A stretch of DNA of 59,260 nucleotides, counting the filler, from Bipalium vagum (lineage: Eukaryota), in the NCBI GenBank assembly GCA_037834085.1. It is 3 parts of 3 records of this genome, joined end to end, with 100 filler letters (N's around TTAATTAATTAA, not from the genome) between each part and the next. Parts side by side here need not be neighbours in the genome. Positions count along the whole stretch, not along the records: positions 1 to 25,198 come from JBBMKC010196387.1; 2 more parts are not named here. One strand, written 5' to 3'. The stretch's first letter is position 1, and every line of letters starts with the position of its first letter. The notes under the pieces were generated by a model. The model made no database searches, was not told the DNA's origin, and saw only the letters and a program-made list of their open reading frames with translations. Shown here piece by piece: positions 1 through 12,311 of this stretch. A program made the position numbers and the translations under genes.

Positions 1-27
1 GTACGGAATTAAATGTTCAAATAAAAG

Positions 28-73
28 AGGTGTTCAGCTAACAAAGGTGTTCATTTATGCAGGTTTCACTGTA
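28..73 (-). mobile_element. Terminal inverted repeat end of a Tc1/pogo-type element or MITE
   Basis: Reverse complement reads TA-CAGTGAAACCTGCATAAATGAACACC with an internal repeated GAACACC; CAGT start plus TA flank is typical of pogo/Tigger TIRs. Partner end lies outside the window. Confidence 0.55.
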
Positions 74-89
74 TTGTAATAAACCTTTG

Positions 90-1680
90 AATCAAAACAA
101 AGTAAAAGACCATGGTTATTTAATTGGAAAATACAGAGAATCATTTTATGATAAGTATACTATTAATTAAGAAATTGCTTTATTCCATTTTATTTTCATT
201 ATTGATTGAAATATGATAATCACTTATTCTTTGTAAATCTATTAACAAAATATCCTAATGAAAATATTTAAATACTTTCTCATACAGATGAAAAATATAT
301 TAGTTTTGAATTTCAAAACATTAGATTTTTAGATTAAATGAGAATGACTCCTTTTACTTCTATATATGTTAGAAAAATCAAATAAGTATGAAAATTTAAA
401 ATTATTTAAACTGAAACCTAAAGGAATTTATCCATATGATTATATTATAGGTGATGATTTCAATTTATTATTGTTGTTAGTGGTGACAAAAAATCATCAT
501 TCTCCATAATAATTAATTTATTCAAACCGTTTTCTGTTTTGTTCAATTTGCTATTGAAACAAATGAAATTTTAATACTTTTCACATATAAAATTTTCGCA
601 TTTAATTCGAATATATTAAGCTTTAAAATAATTTTGAAATTTTTATTAAAAATGTAATTTATACTTTTATTTAATTATTAAAATCTTTTAGTTCAATATA
701 GTGCAAATTAAATTAAAAAATTAAATGTTACTCAGATATTTTTAGATTCTCACAATTATTATTATGATTTTTAATAAATTAATATTTGCAAATTTAAATA
801 TAAATGATTTCTATTCAATCATTAAATAAAATCTATTTTAGAAGATGAATATGAATACTATTAGGATATATATACAAATTTTAATACATTTAAAGAATAT
901 ATATTATATTAGTTGAAATTGGATGTATTAGTTCTAATTATTTCTTTGAAAATTTTAAAGAAACATCTTTACATTATTATGAAATAGATTCCCGTTATTG
1001 TTGTTCTGCTCCTGGATTATGTTGGAATGGAGGATTTAAATATTCTTAAGTTAATTTAAAATATTTTAAGCAAAATATATATAATCATTTGTTATTAATG
1101 GAAAAAATAAAAGGGTAAATTTCATCAGTATATAGTTATAGACAAGTAAAATTATATAATAAAATAGTTAATCCAAAATTTAATATTTATTATGAATCTT
1201 TACTACATGAATGGAATGAAGGTGTAAAGGATTTTAACAAGGATTAAGCAGCAAAGGTGTGCTATTAATCATGAATTATCAAATTTTATTCAAAAAGGAA
1301 TTCATTGAATCAGACATTACAATAGTTATTACTTTGACTTTTATTGCTTACCACCAATTAAAAGAAATAAAATATGTTATTTTAGAAAAATTACAATTAA
1401 AAAATGGATGTGAACAAAGTTTCCAGAAGCTTAACCAGAAATAATACCATTACCTATTTCAAAACTCCTTTTTTATGAAATTCATAAATATAAAAATAAT
1501 AAAATTAGAGAAGAAATTACTTTTATTCAAACTGAATCTGAAAATAAATAAGAATAATAATTTTAAATTTGAATTAAACAAAAGGAGGAATAAAAATTTA
1601 TGAAATCATATTTATTAATTGAAAGATTTATAAATGAAAACAAAATGAAAGAGATTGAAAATTTGGATCATTTTAAATAT
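90..1680 (+). pseudogene. Decayed Polinton/Maverick (adintovirus-like) protein-primed DNA polymerase B, central part
   Basis: Frameshifted motifs KVKDHGYLIGKYRE (cf. KVRDHCHLTGKYRG), KGIYPYDY at ~420-446, LKLDVLVL..FENFKETSLHYYEIDSRYCCSAPGLCW at ~910-1025 (cf. DVLLLADVFENFR..Y.LDP..Y.TAPGLSW). Confidence 0.8.
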
Positions 1681-1849
1681 ATGACAATTCTTTTTCATAT
1701 ATTTAAATTATCACATATTTTAATTGTCACATATTTATATTGAATTTTTAAAAAATAATTATTATTAAAAGACTTGATTTTTATTTTTCAGGTACGAAAT
1801 CTCAAGAAAAAGTTATTTTTCTAATAGTTTTAAATCTAGTTCTAAGAAC

Positions 1850-2320
1850 TGATATGACGTATGAACTAATAAATTAGAAAAATAAGATTATTCAAAAATT
1901 GTGAAAAATGTCAGATTCAAACGGAGTTGATGAATACCAAGAGACATGTAGACGGATCAAAACGGAGATATTTGAAGAAATTATGTATGGACTATAATAA
2001 TTCCACCAGTATCTGACATGGTTCTCTTTCTATGAAATGCAATCTTGCTAGAGAACTATTATATTAGCAATATACATATGGGCTAAGAGAAGTTCAGAAA
2101 AACAGTTTTCAATGTGACTGGAATGTTTTTTAGAGTTAAGTATTTGTGCTAATTACTTTGTTAATAATCATATAAAACTTGGTGGAAATGGCATCACATG
2201 TCAGGCCGATGAATCTTTATTTATATGTAAACCTAAATATTAGAGGTACAGCTTCGGAACATGTAAAACGTGTGTTCGGAATTGTGGACATAACGCAGAT
2301 ACTTTATTGCCAATAATTGA
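1850..2320 (+). pseudogene. Merlin (IS1595/IS1016-like) transposase remnant
   Basis: CEKC..DG..R.. SI*HGS zinc-ribbon region, then IKLGGNGITCQADESLF..KY*RG (~2172-2246) and VFGIVD, matching Merlin GG..VEIDES.F..RKY.RG..WVFG. Confidence 0.75.
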
Positions 2321-2782
2321 CTAACTAATTTCATCATCATTGATATTTTTTCAATTTTTGATTAAAAAAATTAATAATCTTATTTTTCATTTGTAAATAT
2401 TCATTATTATAAATATAACTATAAAATTATCAGTTTATAGTATTAAAATACTTGATTAAATTTAATAACAAAATTACTTAAAATTTTAATATTTAGAGCA
2501 GGTGAAAATAATTAAAAAGTTTAACAAAAAAAGTAAAAAACATATTCATTTTGCAATAAAAAATCTTAAATGAAACTAGAAAATTGTCAGGTAGTTTTGT
2601 TTAAATTTTATTTTTTATTATTATTATACTACTGGCTATTTATAAGTAAAAAATATTAATAATATAAAATATAAATATTTATAAAATAAATATCACAAAT
2701 AAAAATAATTAGATTTACAATGAAAATTTAAAATTTTATTTCACTCGAATCATTTTTTTGTAATTACTACAGTTATCATGTT

Positions 2783-3130
2783 CTAAAAATTACTTTTCTC
2801 TCACTCATTTTCATAAAATCTACATAATATTTTTTCTCCATTTTTATCTATAATTCCATATAAAATTGGTGATGTTAAAGAAATTTCAATAATAATAAAA
2901 ATTTCATTTCTCCATTTTGCTGTAAAAACTTTTTCAAATTTACTTATTTATTTAAAAACACAAACTTTATCTTCAATATTATCTTTTGGTTTTAGTTTTA
3001 GAAGGTTTATATTTTCTTGATCAATTTCATTATTTTTAATTTTTAACTTTTCAGGATTTTTATTAGCATTATTGAACTATGACTTTTGTTATTATACAAA
3101 TTAAATAAATTTGGTAATAAATTTAACCAT
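2783..3130 (-). pseudogene. C-terminus of Polinton retroviral-type integrase
   Basis: Minus strand FEKVFTAKWRNEIFIIIEISLTSPILYGIIDKNGE...FYENE matches Polinton integrase FEKGYT.NW..EIF.I......P.TY.L.D..GE.I.G.FYE.EL. Confidence 0.7.
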
Positions 3131-3487
3131 TTTCTATTACCTTGTTTTGTAAAATTTTTGAAGATCATATTTTTAATGTTCTATTAAATCTTTCAAAAGA
3201 CAACAGCTTTTCTTTAATTTTCTGTTGAGTAAATTTTTATTACATATTTATCACAATATTTCTCAAATGTTTTATTATAAAATTCCTGGTATATTCCTGA
3301 TAAAAAGAAAACATATAAAGAAAATTCAGGATATAAAATTAGAAAAGAATTTTATGAAAGAAAAAACAACAACAATTACTTTTAGTAAAATGATTATATT
3401 TTATATTTATCTTTTCTATACAAGTTTTACATAAATCAAATATTAATTTATATGTATTATCTATATTTTGCTTATTATTTATATTTT

Positions 3488-3916
3488 CAACGAGTGTTTG
3501 GCATGAATTATCTTCGATAGATGCCCTAATGACCCCTATGTCTACAGTAGTTGGCTTCCCTGATCTTAAAACGTCTTCGGAATCAAAATTACCATTCCTA
3601 AATCGGGAAAATCATCTCTGACATTTTCTGATAAAAAGAGTAAGGGCATAAATTTTGTTAATTGACCTAGTAGCCTCTGCTGTCGTTTTATCATGTCGAA
3701 ATTCATATTGCACACAATGGCTTTTATGATTTTCATTCAGTATTTCCTCTGCCATTTCTACAGATTTTATGCATATTATCAAAGTATTTTAAAAAATATT
3801 AAAACATTAAACTTCGTAAATTCACCCCAAAAATATTAATTTGATATATTTAAACAAACTACTGATTGATTGAATAACAATTATTAAAAATCGACATTAT
3901 TTATGTGCCGACCTAA
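3488..3916 (-). mobile_element. mariner 5' half with TIR
   Basis: TIR TA-TTAGGTCGGCACATAAATAATGTCGA (3891-3918, reverse complement); MAEEILNENH..YEFRHDKTTAEATRSINKIY..FSRFRNGNFDSEDVLRSGKPTTVD, a mariner HTH N-terminus. Confidence 0.8.
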
Positions 3917-3919
3917 TAT

Positions 3920-6420
3920 ATGGAAAATGATCTATATTTAAACATTTGTCAACAACTGTGTTGCTAAGACCATTGGTCGCTTGTAATATTTTTTATATTT
4001 AAAAAGAAATCTCTATATATTAAACAACTTTTTATCAAAATCATAACATCAGTTAAACAATAATAAAATATTTTTGTTTGAAAATTAAATATCTTTTTAT
4101 GTTTTTTATTTTTTCATCATGTCATTGTTTAATTACTAATATATATTTTCTTTTGAATTATCACTCATTTAATTATAACCATAATATTCTAACTCTGAAT
4201 ATTTATCTATGTAGTTCTGATTTTGTGTAGTATGAAAATAATGAGGAAAATATCTTTTTATGCCTTTAAAACCAAATGTATTAGGAAAAGTTTGTAAAGG
4301 AGATAACATGAAATTTATAGAATCCATAAAATTTATATTAAAATGTTTAACTTTCATAAATGTAATTTTATTTCCTGAACTAAGTTTTTTTAAAGGCAAT
4401 TTATTTTGAATTAACCAACCTAAAATAGGATGATTATCATATCCTTTAGAATAATGAGCAACAAAAGTATATTGTCTAAAATTTAGAGAAATAAAAAATT
4501 TATAAAAAGTAACGACTAATGTAACAACTTTTCTGTTGACAGCCTCGCTGTCGGATTTTTGAATTTTCAATTAATATTTCTTTTGAAAATATAAAGTTAT
4601 CTGATATATTTTGAATTGTTAAATCTTCTAAATTTTCTATTTTAAGAGTAAAAATAATAATTGAGTTATATTTTATTTTAAAAAATATTTTTCTTTCATT
4701 ATCATATGCTATGTCATAATTAATTTCACGATAACCTGCATTTTCTTGATCAGCTTCAAAATCAAAAAATATATATTTATTACTTTGTTTAAATTTATTT
4801 TCATTATTTTTCATATAAAATTTATGCTGATTAAAAGGAGGTTTACAAGGTTCATCACAAATTGGATAATTTTTAAAATTACATTTATGTTGATAAGAAC
4901 TAAAATATTCTTGACCACAATCTTGACATATTTTAGAACAAAGATAAGTAGTTATATTATCTGTTTTGCAAGTATGCTGATTTTGAAATGCTTTTAAACA
5001 TTATGACAATATTTTTGAGATTGTAAAAAATCAAATATTTTGATATTGCTATAAAATGACCTATTCTACCTCGTCATTATTTTCTTCATCGTAATATATA
5101 AAAGTTTGTCTTTCAAAATTTTTCTTATCTGTCTATAAAATTGATTGACTGTCATTATATTTATAAACTATAATTCTTAATTTTAAAAAAATCTCAAATA
5201 GTTTTAAATCATCTAAGTTGTTTGTATTTTTTAAAAAAGCATAATCTCCTTGTGTTTCTCTTCTAATACATCTTATTCTATTATCTCCCTTTTCAAATTT
5301 AAAATAATTATTATTTGTTAAATTATCATAAATTAAAGAAGTTATTATTACTCTAGCTAAGCAAACGGAATCATTATTTTGTTGGGTTAGCCAAGGACAC
5401 ATCCTTGCCAATCCTTGTAAAAATATATGGTAGAGACCGCAATAGGGTTTAGATGGGTTATTATCAATTAATTATTAAGACCGCAAAAGGGTCAGAAATA
5501 AAATAATAATAATAATAATTTAATAATAATAATTTAATAATAATAATAATTAATTAATTAATTAAGAAGTACATTCAAACAAAAAAGGCAATTAATTATT
5601 TCCAAAAAGGATCTAATCTTGACAATGGCGAACCTAAATTGCTAAGATTATATCAGGGTCTGCAAGGAGGGACCGATTTAGAATTATCGGTCTAAAAAGG
5701 GAATCGACATTCCCCATTAATCAAGCTGATCTACGATTGATTATTCGTATGATCAGAATGGTATATAAGGAATTGGAACAGAAGTGAGATTGAGAACTGT
5801 TGTTATTATTTTGAGTATTATCGTTAGAAGAAGGATTGTTGTTTTGTCAGAAGATTATTATTGCCAGAAGAAGAATTGTTGTCATTATTTTGTCAGAAGA
5901 AAAGATTTAGAATTTGCTATTTTCCGAAGATTGCTTTTGAAATTGTAATTCCTATTGTTGCCCTCTATGCAACAGGAGCATACGACGGGCCCTGTGCGGT
6001 TATGAGTTTCTGAGCGAATAGGATTGGGCCCAGCTAACCACCCTTTGGACCTGTCTATCTAAATTTTTATTTATTTATTTTCTTTTTAATTAACCTTTAC
6101 GTACAGACACTTATTTGATATTGACATTTAATTATTTAATTAATTATTATCATTTGATTTTTCAGTGTGATAACATAAGATTTTTCTTTTGAGTAAAAAA
6201 ACACTTGATTGCAGACATTTACTGATTATTTGGAACGTTTCGTTTGTATTGTTATTTTAGAAATAAAGTGTTGTTCATAATTTTTTGATTCATTGATTTG
6301 CGTACATGTATAGGCTAAGTGAAGGAGTCAGTGAGTTAATATCGTAACAATTTTGAATAATATTAATAGATTGTTTTGCAAAGTTTTGTTATATTGAATT
6401 ATTAGAACTAGAAGCATGAT
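3920..6420 (-). pseudogene. Decayed Polinton/Maverick PolB (second sequence type), interrupted by a solo LTR
   Basis: KQSINIIQNNDSVCLARVI (across the LTR), KYIFFDFE (Exo I), YTFVAHYSKGYD (Exo II), FMDSINF..PLQTFPNTFG..YFPHYFHT..NQNY, and YYCLTDV (Exo III, ~4045-4065). Confidence 0.85.
5380..6349 (+). mobile_element. Solo LTR (970 bp) of an LTR retrotransposon
   Basis: Termini TGTT...AACA, flanked by 4-bp TSD ATTT (5376-5379 and 6350-6353); TATATAA at 5762 and AATAAA at 6262; removing it restores the in-frame PolB peptide AKQSINIIQNNDSVC. Confidence 0.8.
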
Positions 6421-6630
6421 ACAAATCAATTATTTTTTAATAATAATCATCATCATAGAAAAATAAATAAAACAAATATTCCAATTTAAAATATAATAAA
6501 GTAATAATAAATAAAATAATTCAAAAGAACAACAATTATCTTGCAAGATAAAGATAACATATAAAAATTCCGGTGTTTTGGATGTTGGGATCAACTTTTA
6601 ATTTAGAAACTACTGAGCTATATTATCCAA

Positions 6631-6916
6631 AAAACAAAACCCCACTTAATATACATTTACAATCTGAAATATCTTTTCTAAAAAATAAAAATTAAAACAT
6701 TTATTTANNNNNNNNNNNNNNNNNNNNNNNNNNNNNNNNNNNNNNNNNNNNNNNNNNNNNNNNNNNNNNNNNNNNNNNNNNNNNNNNNNNNNNNNNNNNN
6801 NNNNNNNTTAATTATATATTTTAAATATTATTTTTTGTAATATTTGATGGTAATAAGAAATTCATCTATTATAATTATTGAAAAACTGTACTTCTAGGTA
6901 AATTAATCATTATTTA

Positions 6917-6958
<42 letters not shown>

Positions 6959-7234
6959 ATATTTATAAAATGTTTGTTCCATAATCTATAATCTGATAAT
7001 CAGAAAATATTTTTTGTAGATTTTCATCACCAACTTTAATAATAAAATAGATCATAATTAAGATCAAGATCAATGACATTCAGGGTCAATCATTTGACGA
7101 GATATGCATGGAAACATTGACTGTTTTTTATATTTGAAGAACTTATTTCTGAAGAAATATTTCATATGTCTATTGTGTTGTCTTTCCATTCTTATCAAAC
7201 CTCTTTCGATCCAAAAGTTAAGTAAAAAGTTGAT
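6631..7234 (+). repeat. Duplicated segment, copy 1 (spans the N gap)
   Basis: 6631-6707 is identical to 12312-12388; 6808-~7234 is closely similar to 13471-~13874. Confidence 0.85.
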
Positions 7235-7499
7235 TTATAATTCATGTTATCATTCTTTCATTTTAAAGTACAAAATAAAAACTTAATAAATAGCGTAAAA
7301 AAAGGAGAAAAATAATTTCTTAAAAGCTCTGAAAACAAGTAAGAAGTGATAATTTCATAAGAAGTACGAAATATTCTTCATTGCAGATGATTACAATCAG
7401 AGTTTCATTTGAGGAAGGACAACGAATGAATAATCTAAAAGAGTTGTTACAATTTTGTCATATTTACCTGAACTAAAACACTCTAAAAATTTGAAAAAA

Positions 7500-7700
7500 A
7501 CAATTCTTTTAATTTAAAAAAAGGGTTAAAAATTAATTTTTAAAGTTTTTAGAATTAAAAGATTTTTTATTTTTGTCCAATTATAAATAAAGATAATTTG
7601 ATAAAAATCATGATAGTGAAATCATTTGAAGATAATGGAGAAGATTATTAAAACTGATTGAAGAAAATCTGAATGAAAAGATTGAAACATGTATCAATTG
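7500..7700 (+). mobile_element. Penelope-like element terminal (pLTR) fragment with degenerate minimal hammerhead motif
   Basis: Aligns by eye with 15090-15283; ends in TTGAAGA-A-AATCT..AGATT-GAAA-CATG-TA-TCAA. Confidence 0.65.
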
Positions 7701-7849
7701 TGTGATCGTAATAAGCGGTTGGAAACTATCTGGGATTCATTTCGCTATTCAATAACTGAGAGCTGCATAAATTAACGGATGTTAATTTATTGGTACGAAT
7801 ATAAATATATAATTCTATATATATTATTATAATGTTAATGTGAAAGATG

Positions 7850-8620
7850 TTTTTGGAGAAAAATAAGAATTAACATCTTCATATTATTGTAAAACAAAAA
7901 AATATATAAGAAGAAATACTCTTATCAAATTTAGAGATATTAACTGAGTATATAGAAGAAAAAGAACAAATAGTATCAGGATGGAATTTTCATAATATAA
8001 AATCAATTAGATTAGATTTATTACAATAACAAAGTTTAGTTTGTTCTTCCTATCTTAAATTACCATTTATTTCATCACGATATGCTGTGAACCTAAGAAA
8101 TAAAAGATTTAAAATTTTTTTGTATTCTGTTAATTTTATCTACATCCTGCAGAAGCTCATCGTGATAGAGTAAAACGTTATGATCACATATGAATGAATT
8201 AAATATAAATTATATAAAATGTCCCACGAAAATAGAAGATATAAAATAATTTAATAATTAATTCATAATAGTGTATATGTATTTAAATTATCAGAAAAGA
8301 ATCCAAATGAAAATAAAAAAATATGGACTGCTTCATAGCTTCGCCATCTATAGAAGAAATAAATTTAGTTTGCTACTTTATAATAATAATGTTTTATGTA
8401 AAAATATTAATATATTTTCTAATTCAAAATGATATTAATCATATTTGTCTTAATTATTTAAATCCATATAGGTCAGAAAATCTGCTTAATAAACATATGA
8501 TATTATGTCAAGGACAAGAGGAGATTAAAGATAGGTTTCCAAAAGAAGATTATTTTACAATTATTATTTTAAAAATAAAATATCATTTGTGATATACAGT
8601 GATTTTGAATATTACAATAA
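7850..8620 (+). pseudogene. Polinton PolB N-terminal region (same type as 90-1680)
   Basis: SGWNFHNIKSIRLDL..SSYLKLPF..AVNLRN..LHPAEAHRDRVKRY..ELN, then HICLNYLNPYRSENLLNKHMILC and FVIYSDFE (cf. GSGW..GSSYI.LP..CF.W..LHP..RV..Y and PFVIYADFE). Confidence 0.75.
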
Positions 8621-8689
8621 ACATATAAATAAAATTATTTTGAAAACCTCGATCAATCCTGGGCAGAGTTAATGCACCCAACGAGTCTA

Positions 8690-9083
8690 CAGTTCAAAGA
8701 CTAGTGTAAAAATTTCAGGAAACTGAATCAGTTGCAAATGTCATGAAGCCAGGGAGGAAACGTTCCAGTCGGACAAAGCAAGACGTCGTTGCTGTGTAAA
8801 ATAATGTGAATGCGAATCCTGTATATTCGATTCGCCGGCGTTGCCAAGAACTGCATATTTTGGCAACTATGTTACATCGAATTTTAAATGAAAATCTGCA
8901 TATTCATGCTTGAGAAGCGTATAACCGTCTGTAATTTTAAGGGTGGTCATATGTCAGATATTGCTTTTTATACATAAATGGGAGATGTTCCTGATTATGC
9001 TTATATAAAAATATGTTTGTTTTTATGAATTTTTGACTTATTTATTAACCTTTTAAATTCGGTGTTACTTATGGAACACCTTA
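8690..9083 (+). mobile_element. Internally deleted Tc1/mariner (rosa/DD41D-like) element with right TIR
   Basis: KFQETESVAN..KPGRKRSSRT..NPVYSIRRRCQEL..LHRILNENLHIHA joined directly to the C-terminal GGHMSDIAFYT*; TIR-like GGTGTTACTTATGGAACACCTTATA at 9061-9085. Confidence 0.65.
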
Positions 9084-9181
9084 TATTTACAAAAATCAAA
9101 TTATTGTTTAATTAATATTCAATATTTAACTTAATTTAAAAAGTAAAAATTTTTTATATTGTTTTCTGATTTTAAAGGAAG

Positions 9182-10640
9182 ATGAAAAGAAAGAGAACAG
9201 ATTTGACAGTTCAGGAAAAGGAAGAAGTCATTTCAAAGCATGGAAATGGCAACTCAATAAAATCGTTACAGATAATGTTTAGAATTGAACGATCGACAAT
9301 TTACGAAATTTTAAAGTAAAAAAAATTTAACTGATAAGGTACACTGAAAATACAGATTGAGAAAAGCTGGAAATCCATTTATTGATGATGTCACATTTAT
9401 TTATCTATCGGGATTAGTATCAAATGGTGTTTGTGTGACAGAACAAATTTTGAAATATTTTGCATGCAGGCAAATAGAATTATATTTAGCAAATTTAGTT
9501 TTTCCTCAACCAGAAATAAAATATGAAGAAATTAAAAAGGTCGAGAATTTTGTTGCGAGCAATGGTTGGCTTGATCGTTTTAAAAAAGGTTTAATATTAA
9601 ATCTTTCAAGAAATTCAGGTGATGCGGATTTGGAGCATCTGAGTTTAACATAAATTGAAATCTGTGAAAATTCAAAATCCTATTCTAATGATGACATTTA
9701 TAATTCAGATGAAACTGCATTATTTTTGAAAATTTATTCTTATTCAACCCTTTCAGTTAAATGATTTGAAGAATATAAAGACAGTCTTGTTATTATGCTG
9801 CAACAAGTCTTGAAATGATTTAAAATGTCTTGTATTTATAGGCAAATCAGTTAGACCAAGAGTTTTAAGGGGATTTAATAAGACATCTATATGATCTACG
9901 TACAAAAATAAAACAAAATTAAAACCAGTCTTATACACCCAACCGCTAAATTACTGTAGATCAAATTTCCATGCCTGGATAACCTTGGTTATATTTAATA
10001 AATAGATTTTAGAGTGTGATGGGTCTATAAACAAAAAGATTTTGCTAATTCTTGACAAAGCATCTAGTCATATAATTACTGAAGGATTAAAATATATAAA
10101 AAGTTTTTTTTAAAAACCCAATACAACAAACATTTGCTAACCTCTTGACTACGGAATAATATCTAGCCTCAAAAGAAGATATGGGTCTAATTTGCATGTG
10201 GATTTTTGTCAGGTATATGATTGTGGCGAGAAATATGTTTTTAACTTAAAAAAATGTTTCGAGATGATTTCCAGTGTTTGGTATTCTTTTTGATCTTCGT
10301 CTATTATTCTTAATTTTTTTCGAAAATATGTTCTATTCACGGAATTAGTCATTAATTTCAAAGATGATGATATTAACTTTGATCTACATCCGATTGAAAA
10401 GATCGAATCAAATATACCTGTATGTAATTATAATATTGATGGAAAAGAGATATTTAATGAAGTTGTAGATATTGATATTGATGAGGAGTCGCCTGACAAT
10501 GAATCTAAAGTAGAAGAGTAAACTTCCAATAAACAATTTAAACTTTTTTTTAAAGTTATTTTTGAAAATTTATCAAATATTTTGGAATATTTGCAGACTA
10601 AAAATCTTTCGTGATTAAATTTCTGTCTAAGAGTAAGAGT
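9182..10640 (+). pseudogene. pogo/Tigger (CENP-B-like) transposase pseudogene
   Basis: MKRKRTDLTVQEK HTH start, ASNGWLDRFKK, IYNSDETALF, LILDKASSH, PNTT..PLDYGII; several stops and frameshifts. Confidence 0.85.
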
Positions 10641-10999
10641 AATGAAAAGTAGTTCTGTATTTAAATTAAATATTAAAAGTCAGAATATTTGTCATCTCAG
10701 TTTTTCACAAACGATAATATATATTGTAAAAATAAGGTTCTAACTGATTATATTTTAAAGTTTTTTTTAAATACAAGATAACTGTTTTTTCATTGCAAAT
10801 TATGGAGCAGATGGATATAAAAATAATTAAATTTCATTTATAAAACACGAAAAATTAGTGTTTTCTGAATTATATTTTTAGCTTAAATAAAAATATTATA
10901 TAAAACCTGATGTATTATTTCTTGTGAAAGACGGGAAACATAATCAAACGTTTATAGAATTTAATGCTATAAAATATAAAAAATATAGTTATATTTATT

Positions 11000-11697
11000 T
11001 AGAAGACTTTCCTGGGTCATGGCCAACAGTTCTTGGGATGCAGATAAATGGGGGAATGTGGTATTCAACGACGAATATTTCTTTCAGTTATACGCATTAT
11101 GGATTAGAAGAACCGCATTGGAAAAGTGCAACCCTGCTTTTAATCAACCAGTTATGGGACATGATTCATCCATACTTGTCTGGGGTTGCTTCAACAGTAA
11201 TGGAGAAAAGAATGAATGGAAATATGAATGCCGATAAATATCAAAAAGAGATACTTCATGATATTGACAGTTATGAAATGCTCAGTCTTTCCAAAAACAG
11301 CATTCGTTTTTCAACATGATTTCGTTTAATTTCATAAGGCTAACTGTACTCAGGCTTTCTTACAAAATAAAAATATTGATGTTTTACCTTGGCCAGGTAA
11401 TTCTGGTAATCTAAATCCCATAGAAAATATTTGGGATATATTTAAACGGAAACTAAGACCAACGAAACACAATCCTGCTCAAGAAGTATGGAATGATATC
11501 CAAAGCAAATTATACAATTTTCTCGTAATCTATGTCAGAAAATTGTGTTCTCCATGCCCAAAAGATTATAATTGGTTCAAAAAATCAAATAAATATTAAG
11601 ACTTGTGTATTTAATAAATTTCGTTGTTTAAAATTCTCGTTTCAATTAAAAGTTGTATTTTTTATAGGGGGTGAACAGACTTTTGACACTCACTGTG
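11000..11697 (+). mobile_element. Tc1 (DD34E) transposase 3' part with right TIR
   Basis: WGNVVFNDE, ILVWGCF, FQHD, WPGNSGNLNPIENIW; end GGGGTGAACAGACTTTTGACACTCACTG (reverse complement CAGTGAGTG...). Confidence 0.85.
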
Positions 11698-12311
11698 ATA
11701 AGAAAGATAAATTTAGTATAAAATCTGAGAAGCATGATGTATTTATATTCAAAATAAGATTGAAATGTCTCTGTTTGATAAAAAAAGAATAATTGAAGAT
11801 AATGGAATTGTTATATGGTGTTCTTCCATCATTATAAAATTCTCCTTCAAAAATATTATAATTAATCTTGATTCTATCTATCATAAAAATGATTACTATT
11901 TTTAATTAATAATCACCCTCCGTATAACTTTTGTTTTGAATTACTAACATTTCAGCAATTCTGGAAAAGAAAAATACAGCCATTTATATATTTTTATTAT
12001 ACAATTCGAAGAAATGGGATTATCATTAATTTTTTGGTTGTAACAGTTCAAATCCTTTTATACTTTGAGAAGAATGAGAAAGCCTGATGGATTTGTTAGC
12101 AACAAAGATCTTGTTCTAAAAATTTGTTAATCAAGTATTTTACGGAAAGGTAAGGAATTCTTTTGTCCTTGTTCTTTAAATTTTTTTTCTAATCATCAGC
12201 ACGTCGTGACTGCATAACGGATTCTTTGTGTAAATAATAAAATTTATCATCAAAATTTTATCCTCCAATGACAAATCCATTTGTAATTCGCGCTATATTA
12301 TCTAGTGCAAT

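Noticed and set aside
10924-11319. 131-aa ORF
   Set aside because: Mostly an off-frame reading of a frameshifted Tc1 transposase.
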